Positions 7,845-15,988 of a stretch of 64,000 nt of DNA are shown piece after piece. The stretch lies in contig CAYUQN010000002.1 in the NCBI GenBank assembly GCA_964446815.1, positions 5,463 through 69,462 on the forward strand, read 5' to 3'. The notes under the pieces were generated by a model that worked only from the letters and a program-made list of their open reading frames with translations, did no database searches and was not told where the DNA came from. This DNA is from an uncultured Oscillospiraceae bacterium (lineage in GTDB: Bacteria > Bacillota > Clostridia > Oscillospirales > Oscillospiraceae). How positions within the stretch are numbered: the stretch's first letter is position 1; every line of letters begins with the position of its first letter. Made by a program: the position numbers and the translations under genes.

Positions 7845-9761
7845 TTATTCAGCCGCCGCTTGGCGGAAAAGCTCCGAATATTTACTGTCCGCTCTGTAGA
7901 ACACCGGACACTCGCCCAAGGCTGCCTTGACCCTGTATTTTTTGCCGCCGAGGTATTTTTTGCCGCTCCAAAGATGCACCCAATCGCCTTCGGGAAGCTG
8001 CACGGTTTTGCTCTTTGCACCGAGCCTTGTGACCGGAGCGACGAAAACATCGTCACCGAACATATAGGCATACTCGTCCCTGTGAGCTGAATGATCGTTT
8101 GCGGCCCAGAAGTCGGGGCGTATGACGGGTACACCGCTTTGAGCCTTTTTAACGCAGTCCGCGACGTATGGCTTTATCGCAGCATGAAGCCTTGTGAGCC
8201 TTACGGTGTAAGGCAATACTCCCTCTGCGTCAAACTGACTGTTTGCCCACGGTCTTATGGATTCATGGCTACGCATAAGCGGCGAGAAGGTGCTCATCTC
8301 CATCCAACGGATAAAGAGCTCATCATTGCGCTTGAGCTTCATAAAGGAGAAGAAGCCGCCGATATCGCAATGCACCAAGCTCACACCGGAAAAGCCGAGT
8401 GAGAAGCTTGCCGGCATGACACTGGGCATACCGTAGTCATGCGTTGTATCGGTGTGCTGATCGCCGTTCCACATGATCGGGGCATAGGTCTGAATACCGG
8501 TGTAGCCGGAACGGGTGAAGAAAAACACGTCTTCACTTGCGTATTCCTCTATCGCCTCACGGTTGAGCTTTGCCCACATGACAGGCCACTTGTTGTGCAA
8601 AAGCTTGGGGTCGCCGTCATGAAGAACGCAGTCCGAGGGCAGGTATTCTCCGAAGTCCGCCATCCAACCGCTCATACCGAGGTCGAGCATATTACGCTTT
8701 ATGAGGACTTCCTTTGTATACCGCACCGCCTCGGGATTCGTAAGATCGAGCATACCTGCATCAAAGGTCGTCGACTTAATGTGGTACACGCTGCCGTCCT
8801 TATGGGTGATAAGGTAGCCCTTTCCCTTGCAGTAATTATAAAGCTCACTGCCCTTGACGAGATAGGGATTTATATAGCCGAGGAATCTCACACCACGTTC
8901 ATTGAGCTTTTTGACAGCACCGGCAAGATCGGGGTAGAGCTTATCGTCTACCTCCCAGTTCCACCAGACCTGCTTGCCCATGATCGTTCTGTTCTCACCG
9001 GACCAGTCCTGACTCCAGACGGCGGAGACCTTAACGCCGCTATCCAGCATCGCAAATGCCTTTTTGAGTATCGTCTCCGTACCGCCCTGAATACCGAGTA
9101 TCATGCCGTCATGGCACCAATCGGGGAGGTACTGTCTGTTCGGGACAAGCTTTTGAAGCTCAATTGCCAGCTCCTCGAAGCTGTCTGCCGTCAAAAGAGT
9201 GAGACTTTCGGGGCAGGAATCGAATCTGAAAAGGTATTCGCTTTCACCGAACTCCGAATAGCCGTCGGAGGCTGTGTCGAATTTAATGAGCCGCTTTTCG
9301 CTCGTCACAAAAACGGGCATGGGTGAGTAGGTGCCGATATCGCCATGTCCCTTTTCACGGTACAAAATCTTCGGCAAAAGTGCTTTTTCGATGATGGTAG
9401 ATGCTTTAATGTGCTCCGATACGAAGTTTACGACCCTTTCGCCTCTGAGATCGAGCTTTCGGTATTGCTCACCGCCGCCGAAGATCGCTTCGCCCTCTGT
9501 CGCCGGTATGCGAAATTCGTAGGCGTAGCCCTCCTCACCGAAAAGCTCCGCTTTGATACCCTTTTCAAGCTCGGTGAGCTTCATTTCAAGAGAATGTCCG
9601 TTTGCGGAAAACACCGTTTTGCCGTCTGCCTCGGATATCTCGACAAGGGGGATACGCTCCGCTTCCCTCTCCGTTACCGATACCGTGCCACGGGAAGCCT
9701 TATACTCCTTCTCGCAGCGTACAGCCGTAACGAAGCTCGGAGTAATAAGCATTTTCTTCAT
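7845..9761 (-). CDS. GH31 alpha-glycosidase of the YihQ (sulfoquinovosidase-like) subfamily
   Basis: Blocks closely resemble E. coli YihQ: PDWCHDGMILGIQGGTE, VWSQDWSG, GKQVWWNW, FLGYINPY, DLTNPEA, GWMADFGEYLP (nucleophile Asp), MWNGDQ (acid/base Asp) and PVFYRADS. See the findings for the altered sulfonate triad. Confidence 0.85.
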   Translation of the reverse strand: MKKMLITPSFVTAVRCEKEYKASRGTVSVTEREAERIPLVEISEADGKTVFSANGHSLEMKLTELEKGIKAELFGEEGYAYEFRIPATEGEAIFGGGEQYRKLDLRGERVVNFVSEHIKASTIIEKALLPKILYREKGHGDIGTYSPMPVFVTSEKRLIKFDTASDGYSEFGESEYLFRFDSCPESLTLLTADSFEELAIELQKLVPNRQYLPDWCHDGMILGIQGGTETILKKAFAMLDSGVKVSAVWSQDWSGENRTIMGKQVWWNWEVDDKLYPDLAGAVKKLNERGVRFLGYINPYLVKGSELYNYCKGKGYLITHKDGSVYHIKSTTFDAGMLDLTNPEAVRYTKEVLIKRNMLDLGMSGWMADFGEYLPSDCVLHDGDPKLLHNKWPVMWAKLNREAIEEYASEDVFFFTRSGYTGIQTYAPIMWNGDQHTDTTHDYGMPSVMPASFSLGFSGVSLVHCDIGGFFSFMKLKRNDELFIRWMEMSTFSPLMRSHESIRPWANSQFDAEGVLPYTVRLTRLHAAIKPYVADCVKKAQSGVPVIRPDFWAANDHSAHRDEYAYMFGDDVFVAPVTRLGAKSKTVQLPEGDWVHLWSGKKYLGGKKYRVKAALGECPVFYRADSKYSELFRQAAAE

Positions 9762-9775
9762 TCATTCGCCTCCAT

Positions 9776-10438
9776 TCAGCTTATGTTCAGCTTTATGTTT
9801 TTACCGCTTATTCCGCAAAATGCCCCTGCCTTTGCCTGTGGGGAATCGGGATGGCATATGAGCCACTTCCCACGCATCCAAAGGAGCTCGTCCTCGGGGG
9901 TGAGGCATTTATGCTCGATATCAAGCGGAGAATTTACGCCTTTTTCAAGTACTACGAGACAATTAAAGCCCTCATCCGATATGCGACAGGGTGCAAAATG
10001 CAGCGTTGTCGGGAATATCTCTACCGCCGTATCGGGAGGGAGATAAAAGCCCTTGACGCATTCGGAGGACAAAGCATTGTCCTTAATATCATTTTTGAGT
10101 GCAAGCAGCAGCACAAGCCCCGTTGTGCTGTAGTTTACCTCGCTGCACTTGTGATATTCGAGAGCGTTCAAAGTATAGCCGTGACCGTTACAGTAGCCTG
10201 CCTGAATATCCATTCCGCCGAACGCGGTCTTAATACCGTCCATTGCGTCCGTTTTCTCCAAGCTCTCAAGTGACGCAACATAACGGTTTCCGCTCTCGGG
10301 TATCGGTGTTGCCGCAAGGCGGCATGAAAGCTCCTCGGCACCTCCGATGTTAAGCACTCTGCCGTAGGCGCCAAATTCACTGCCCGAAACCTCAAAGAGC
10401 TCAAGGTCGGGGTTTTGGCTTCTTAGCCTTTCTATCAT
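9776..10438 (-). CDS. DUF4867 cupin-like protein, a candidate sugar (sulfoquinovose-type) isomerase
   Basis: This 220-aa protein overlaps the upstream ROK gene stop with an ATGA. As I recall, DUF4867 is the family of the sulfoquinovose isomerase in Firmicute sulfoglycolysis clusters. Confidence 0.6.
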   Translation of the reverse strand: MIERLRSQNPDLELFEVSGSEFGAYGRVLNIGGAEELSCRLAATPIPESGNRYVASLESLEKTDAMDGIKTAFGGMDIQAGYCNGHGYTLNALEYHKCSEVNYSTTGLVLLLALKNDIKDNALSSECVKGFYLPPDTAVEIFPTTLHFAPCRISDEGFNCLVVLEKGVNSPLDIEHKCLTPEDELLWMRGKWLICHPDSPQAKAGAFCGISGKNIKLNIS

Positions 10439-11625
10439 CGCAATCCGCCTCGCTTCATGTGATCCAAAACGGCAATGAGCCCTGCCGCCTTGTTTTCGAG
10501 AAGCCCGTTGTAGGGGCTTCGTTCTATTATTACGCTTCGGCGTGAGTCCACGCCCTCGTTCATTTCCGCAATAAGCTTTGAGAGATAGTAGCCGTTGTCG
10601 AATATTCTGCCGTAGAGCACTATCTTCTCGGGATCGACTATGTATATGACGGACTTTAAGGCATTTCCCAGTGCCGCCACCGCACGGTCGAGTATCGCCG
10701 CGATCTGTGCATCGCCGTTTCTTGCGGCATCGAGAACTGCATTTATATCAAGGCGATCCCTTTTACCGTCAAGCATTTTCCAAAGCAGCGGAGTTTTGCT
10801 TTCCGACATGAGGGACAGTGCATCCTCGCATATCGCCATCGGAGACGCCACCGTTTCAAGGCAACCGCTTTTGCCGCAGGCACAGGGCTTTCCGCCTCTG
10901 GGTATGATGGGTATGTGCCCTATCTCGGAGCATTGACCCGAGCCGCCGAACCAAATACTGTTGTCGGTGCAAAGAGCCGCGCCTATACCGTATTCGCAAC
11001 GCAAGAAGAACTGCGAACTTATATCCCTGTCCTTTGCCATGAACATCTGTGCGGCAAAAAGAGCTCGGACATTGTTCTCCATAACGGTAGGCAAGCCGCA
11101 AAGCGTTGAGACCTTGTCGGCAAGGGGATAATCGCTGCAATCAAGAGCACCCATGCTGTTTCGTGAGATACGCCCCAGCTCGTCGGTAGTGCCTCTGACG
11201 GCGATACCGACACCGAGAAGCTTCTCCCTCGGGATATCCGATGAGAGGCAAAGCAATCTTTCACAAAGCATTTTCAGCGTTGCATCGGGCTCTGCCCTGT
11301 CGCATAGCTCAAGCTCCTCGGAGAATATCACGCTGCCGTCAAGCCAAACTGCGGAAAGTATCGCCTGTCTCCTGTTTATGAGTATTCCGAGGGCACAGCG
11401 TGAGAAGGGATCAAGCTCTATCATGACCTCCTTGCGCCCTGCCCTGCCTTGGGACAGAGCGTCACCCTCGACTACAAGTCCCTCACTCATGAGCTCCGAG
11501 ACTATCTTCGTCATTGCGGCAGGGGTCAGTCCGAGACTTTCCGCAAGGCGTTTTCTGCTCATTGCTCCGTTTTCGTGCAGCAGCATTAAAACGGAGCTTC
11601 GATTTGTCCGTCTGACGTTGCTCAT
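10435..11625 (-). CDS. ROK family transcriptional regulator (NagC/XylR-like)
   Basis: It has an N-terminal wHTH (NRSSVLMLLHENGAMSRKRLAESLGLTPAAMTKIV) and the ROK zinc motif GHIPI..GGKPCACGKSGCLE. The start is set at MSNVRR, with an AGGTGA Shine-Dalgarno sequence, rather than the upstream in-frame ATG. Confidence 0.85.
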   Translation of the reverse strand: MSNVRRTNRSSVLMLLHENGAMSRKRLAESLGLTPAAMTKIVSELMSEGLVVEGDALSQGRAGRKEVMIELDPFSRCALGILINRRQAILSAVWLDGSVIFSEELELCDRAEPDATLKMLCERLLCLSSDIPREKLLGVGIAVRGTTDELGRISRNSMGALDCSDYPLADKVSTLCGLPTVMENNVRALFAAQMFMAKDRDISSQFFLRCEYGIGAALCTDNSIWFGGSGQCSEIGHIPIIPRGGKPCACGKSGCLETVASPMAICEDALSLMSESKTPLLWKMLDGKRDRLDINAVLDAARNGDAQIAAILDRAVAALGNALKSVIYIVDPEKIVLYGRIFDNGYYLSKLIAEMNEGVDSRRSVIIERSPYNGLLENKAAGLIAVLDHMKRGGLR

Positions 11626-11629
11626 ATTG

Positions 11630-12538
11630 TCACCTGCTTGGAGCACAGCTTGTACCTCCCTTATGATGTAGCTTGTTTCTGAGCAGTATCACCGCCGCAC
11701 CGATAAGCACGACGAATATACCGAGTATTTTTTCCGTTGTAAGGCTTTCGTTCAGGAACATAACGCCTATAAAGCAGCTCAGTATAGGCATAAGCAGGAG
11801 GTAGAGCTTAACGAGCCACACCTCATAATGCCGCAGATTGCGATAGTAAAAGTAATAGATAAACGTCTGTGCCAAGCCGCCGAGCACCGCAAGAGCCCAA
11901 AATCCGATGCCTGCATCCTCGGGTATATGTGCATCGCCGCCGAGCAGCACCGAGGTACAAAAGAGACTCAGTACGACAAAGTTATTGTAATACGAAACGG
12001 TGTTTGCATCCTTGCCGAACTTCTCCTGTGCCGCCTTTATGATGAAGGCGTTTGCCGTGACGCAGGCTGCACTTGCAAGGAAAAAGAGGTCATAGGCATT
12101 GAAGCTTATGCCCTTGAAGCTTAAACCCAGCACCATCAAGACGCCTACCAGCATGATAGCCGTACCCAGCCAATCGGAGGCATAGAGCCGCTTTTTGTAT
12201 ATGATGACCGTTGCGAGATTCACCATCAGGACATCGGTTTTCAAAAGGGCGGTACCGGTACTCAGTGAGCCCTTCATGTAACCGAGGTTTGCAAAGAGAT
12301 CGAGCAAAAAGCCGAACGCACCGATGAGCAGCAGTATCCACAGTCCCCTCTTCTGCCGCAAAAGCTTTTTGAAGCCGCCGACGGCAAACAGCTGTACCGT
12401 CAAAAATACAAGTGCCGTGCTGCGTAGCAAAAGCCCTGCCATATACGGCGATCCGGTCATGGAGACCATGAGCTTCGAAACGGCATAGTACACCGCCCAT
12501 GACACGACCATACCGCCTATCATAAACGCTCTTTTCAT
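11630..12538 (-). CDS. EamA/DMT family transporter, a candidate product exporter
   Basis: This 302-aa protein has ~10 TM segments in two EamA-like halves. Its start overlaps the stop of the upstream Fe-ADH gene. Confidence 0.75.
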   Translation of the reverse strand: MKRAFMIGGMVVSWAVYYAVSKLMVSMTGSPYMAGLLLRSTALVFLTVQLFAVGGFKKLLRQKRGLWILLLIGAFGFLLDLFANLGYMKGSLSTGTALLKTDVLMVNLATVIIYKKRLYASDWLGTAIMLVGVLMVLGLSFKGISFNAYDLFFLASAACVTANAFIIKAAQEKFGKDANTVSYYNNFVVLSLFCTSVLLGGDAHIPEDAGIGFWALAVLGGLAQTFIYYFYYRNLRHYEVWLVKLYLLLMPILSCFIGVMFLNESLTTEKILGIFVVLIGAAVILLRNKLHHKGGTSCAPSR

Positions 12539-13626
12539 TTCAGACCTTCGAACATCCTCACAAGAGCTGCCTTGTCCAGTGCCACGGGATTATTCTTCAT
12601 AAGCGGATGAGCGGCACAGTCCTCCGAGAGCTTTTCGATATCCACATCACAGAGCTCACAAAGTCTTGTTTTAAGCCCCCCCAGGCTTTTGAAATATGCG
12701 ATCCTCTCCGCCAAAGCCTCGGTGCTGTCAAGTCCCACCCTATGGCACAGCGTTTCAAGACGCTCATCTGCGTTTATCCTCACAAGGCTGTCAAGCGTAA
12801 AGGCACAGGCCTCACCGTGAGGCAAATGATAGTCAGCGGAAAGCGGATAGCTGCAAGCGTGACTTGCCGCGGTCTTGGGCTGTGCAAAGGCAAGTCCCGC
12901 AAGCAGGGAGGCAAGGGACATATTGCGTCTTGCCTTTGTATCGCCTCCGTCCTTATACGCAGCTTCGAGATTGTCGAGTATGAGCCGCACCGCCTCGGTC
13001 GCATAGGCATCGCAAATGGGCTGATGATTCACGCTCCAGTAGCCCTCAAGAGCATGGGCAAGGGCATCGAGACCGGTGTTCATCGTCGTCCTCGGCGGTA
13101 CGGAATAGGTAAGCTCCGGATCGACAATGGCTATCTTGGGCATGAACACGGGGTTATTTATAGTCTTTTTCTCGCTGTCACGGCTTATTACCGATACCTG
13201 AGTTACCTCACTGCCGGTACCTGCGGTAGTCGGTATCGCAATGACCGGAAGATGCTCCTTCGGGAAATTTGCCGTCTCGTAATAATACTCAACGCTCTCG
13301 CTGCCGCATACGCAAGCGGATGCAAGCTTTGCCGTGTCGATGGAGCTTCCGCCGCCGATGCCGATTATGCAATCGGCGGAGCAGTGCCTTGCCATTGCTG
13401 TAACGCTCTTTACGCCGCTTAGCCGAGGATTCGGCAAGACCTCGGAAAACACGGCACATACAGCGGGAACACTGCTTCTAATCTCATTTGCACGCTCGGC
13501 AAAATGCTTTCCGCAGACTATGACACAACGGGAAAGCGACTCCCTTTCAAGTATCTCACCGAGCTTTGACAGCTCACCTGTGCCGAAGTATATCTTAACA
13601 GGCTGAGAATATACGAAATCAGCCAT
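12535..13626 (-). CDS. Iron-containing (group III) alcohol dehydrogenase
   Basis: It has the typical N-terminus FVYSQPVKIYFG and motifs GIGGGSSIDTAK and metal-site HALEGYW...HG. The start is chosen at MADFVY, preceded by GAGGA. Confidence 0.85.
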   Translation of the reverse strand: MADFVYSQPVKIYFGTGELSKLGEILERESLSRCVIVCGKHFAERANEIRSSVPAVCAVFSEVLPNPRLSGVKSVTAMARHCSADCIIGIGGGSSIDTAKLASACVCGSESVEYYYETANFPKEHLPVIAIPTTAGTGSEVTQVSVISRDSEKKTINNPVFMPKIAIVDPELTYSVPPRTTMNTGLDALAHALEGYWSVNHQPICDAYATEAVRLILDNLEAAYKDGGDTKARRNMSLASLLAGLAFAQPKTAASHACSYPLSADYHLPHGEACAFTLDSLVRINADERLETLCHRVGLDSTEALAERIAYFKSLGGLKTRLCELCDVDIEKLSEDCAAHPLMKNNPVALDKAALVRMFEGLK

Positions 13627-14092
13627 AGATCTCATCCTCTATGCTCTCGACACAGGCGTTGAAGCGTTTGAGATTTGTCTGTCTCCAATCCTCAAGTCCC
13701 TCGAGCCATTCGGTATTCAAAAACGCCTTTACCATCTCTATTGCCATCTCGGGGCCTACTATCCAACCGCCCATGCACAGGACGTTTGCACCGTTTATCG
13801 CCCTTGCCATTTTTGCGGAGTATACACCCTCACAGGCTACTGCGTGTACGCCCTTGTATTTGTTTGCCACGATGCACATACCTGCACCGGTGCCGCATAT
13901 GAGTATCGCACGGTCATATTCACCGCTCTGTACCTTGGGTGCAACGGCGGATGCCACCTCGTAGTAGGGGTGAACCTTGTCCTCCGTCACCGTACCGAGG
14001 TCGGAGAAATCCGCACCGATCTCCGTAAGATATGCCTTTATCGCTTCCTTTGCGGCAAAGCCCGATTTATCGCTTCCAACAGCTATTTTCAT
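13619..14092 (-). CDS. RpiB/LacA/LacB family sugar(-phosphate) isomerase
   Basis: It has MKIAVGSDKSGF..., ILICGTGAGMCIVANK and a typical RpiB length. The start ATG overlaps the transketolase stop (ATGA). Confidence 0.85.
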   Translation of the reverse strand: MKIAVGSDKSGFAAKEAIKAYLTEIGADFSDLGTVTEDKVHPYYEVASAVAPKVQSGEYDRAILICGTGAGMCIVANKYKGVHAVACEGVYSAKMARAINGANVLCMGGWIVGPEMAIEMVKAFLNTEWLEGLEDWRQTNLKRFNACVESIEDEIYG

Positions 14093-15006
14093 CTTAATAT
14101 CTCCCATACCTTGTTTACAATATTCTCCTCCGTAAAGCCCATGATCTCTCTGAGATACGGAAGCTTTCCGACTTCACCGAAGCGGTCGGGTACTCCGATC
14201 GCATAAACCGGGATGCACTCTGCCGCCAATGCCTCGGTAACTGCCGAATGAAGCCCGCCGATGACATTGTGATTCTCAACGGTAAGCACATTACCGGTCT
14301 TGCGTGCAGATGCAATTACCGTCTCACGGTCTATGGGCTTTATCGTGTGTACGTTTATGACCTCACAGGATATGCCCTCATCCGACAGCTTCTTTGCCGC
14401 ATTCAAAACGTCGTTCGTCAAAAATCCGCTGACGAAAATGCTTATATCACTGCCGTCACGGAGCTTGTCCGCCTTAAACAGATCGAACTTGTAATCACTT
14501 GGAAAGACCTCGGGGGTCTCCTTGCGGAACATACGGATATAAACGCAGCCGTCATAGTCGTTTATGATCGGAAGTGCCGCTTTAAGCTGATTGTTGTCAA
14601 CAGGCTCAAATATCACGACACCGGGGACGGAACGCAAAACACCGATATCCTCCATGCTCATGTGAGTACCGCCGTTGAGCTCAGCGGCGATACCGGGATC
14701 GGTGCCGATGATCTTGACATTCATACCGGCATACGCAACGGATATTGCTATCTGATCGCAGATCCTACGGGTGGCAAAGGGTGTGAAGCTTTCGATATAG
14801 GGCTTAAAGCCGTAGCTTGCGAGTCCTGCCGCAACGGATGCCATGTTCTGCTCCGCTATGCCGCAGTCGAACATCTGATTCGGGAAACGCTCATAAAGTG
14901 CCCTCGTTCCGCTTGCCTTTGAAAGATCGGCGTCGAGAATACAGACATGGCGATCGGCCTCCATAAGCTTTGCCATACATTCGGCGTAAACAGCTCTCAT
15001 TTCCAT
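14089..15006 (-). CDS. Transketolase, C-terminal (pyrimidine-binding) subunit
   Basis: This 305-aa protein has the FDCGIAEQNMASVAAGLA motif. It is adjacent to and co-oriented with the N-terminal subunit, which is the split-TK arrangement. Confidence 0.9.
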   Translation of the reverse strand: MEMRAVYAECMAKLMEADRHVCILDADLSKASGTRALYERFPNQMFDCGIAEQNMASVAAGLASYGFKPYIESFTPFATRRICDQIAISVAYAGMNVKIIGTDPGIAAELNGGTHMSMEDIGVLRSVPGVVIFEPVDNNQLKAALPIINDYDGCVYIRMFRKETPEVFPSDYKFDLFKADKLRDGSDISIFVSGFLTNDVLNAAKKLSDEGISCEVINVHTIKPIDRETVIASARKTGNVLTVENHNVIGGLHSAVTEALAAECIPVYAIGVPDRFGEVGKLPYLREIMGFTEENIVNKVWEILR

Positions 15007-15007
15007 A

Positions 15008-15835
15008 TCAGCATTCTCCTCTCACTTCTTTTATCGCTTCCTCTGCCTCTGCTTCGGAAAGGTTCATATTGTGATTGCCTGCACCCTTTGCGATGACGGA
15101 TGCGACACCGCAGCCCTTAACGGTGTTGAGTATCACCATGGTGGGCTTTCCGCTGCCGAGATTCTTCTTTGCCTCGCTCACCGCCGAGGACACCAAAGAG
15201 ACATCGTTGCCGTCACTGACCTCGATAAGGTTCCAGCCGAAGGCACGCCACTTGTCACCAAGCGGTGCGATATCGCAGACCTCGGCAACACTGCCGTCTA
15301 TCTGCAGCTTATTGTAATCGGTAAAGCCTATTAAATTATCAAGCTTCTTCGCAGCGGCAAACATTGCAGCTTCCCAGATCTGACCCTCCTGAGATTCACC
15401 GTCACCGATAAGGGTGAAGATAAATGCTCCGTCACCCTCAAGCTTGGAGCCGAGAGCAACACCGGCTGCACATGAAAAGCCCTGACCGAGGCTGCCTGTG
15501 GTCATATCGACACCGACGGTACGGTTCATGTCACAATGGCTGGGAAGATTCGTACCGCTTCTGTTGAGCGTCAAAAGCTCAGCCTTGTCAAAGAAACCCC
15601 TGTTTGCGAGAGTTGCATACACAGCAGGGCCTGCATGACCCTTTGAGCATATAAACCTGTCACGTCCTGCCATCTTCGGGTTTTCGGGATCTATGTTCAT
15701 CTGCTGAAAATACAGCACGGCCAAAAGCTCGACAACGGAAAGGCAACCGCCGAGGTGACCTACTCCGAGGTGGCCTATGCACCGCAGCGTGTCACAGCGA
15801 ATATCCTTGCAGATCTCCTTCAAATCTTGTTTCAA
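15008..15835 (-). CDS. Transketolase, N-terminal (TPP-binding) subunit
   Basis: This 275-aa protein has GHLGGCLS, SKGHAGPAVYA and the TPP-binding motif GDGESQEGQIWEA. It uses a TTG start with a GGAGGA Shine-Dalgarno sequence 7 nt upstream. Confidence 0.9.
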   Translation of the reverse strand: MKQDLKEICKDIRCDTLRCIGHLGVGHLGGCLSVVELLAVLYFQQMNIDPENPKMAGRDRFICSKGHAGPAVYATLANRGFFDKAELLTLNRSGTNLPSHCDMNRTVGVDMTTGSLGQGFSCAAGVALGSKLEGDGAFIFTLIGDGESQEGQIWEAAMFAAAKKLDNLIGFTDYNKLQIDGSVAEVCDIAPLGDKWRAFGWNLIEVSDGNDVSLVSSAVSEAKKNLGSGKPTMVILNTVKGCGVASVIAKGAGNHNMNLSEAEAEEAIKEVRGEC

Positions 15836-15877
15836 TTTGAAATCCTCCTTATTTGATAAAAAGCTTTAATCAATTCG

Positions 15878-15906
15878 ATTTTAATATGTATATACCTCTT
15901 TGTCAA
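15878..15906 (-). promoter_or_regulatory. Candidate promoter of the 9-gene minus-strand operon
   Basis: On the minus strand: TTGACA, 17-nt spacer, TAAAAT, about 40 nt upstream of the transketolase start. Confidence 0.45.
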
Positions 15907-15918
15907 GAAATAAAAGCA

Positions 15919-15947
15919 TTGACAGCGGATGCTTTAAAGCTTATCAT
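15919..15947 (+). promoter_or_regulatory. Candidate divergent promoter for the FucI-like gene
   Basis: TTGACA, 17-nt spacer, TATCAT. The small palindrome TTAACtttGTTAA lies between the promoter and the Shine-Dalgarno sequence. Confidence 0.4.
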
Positions 15948-15988
15948 TGACACAGAAATTAACTTTGTTAATCAAAGGAGAAGCCGAT

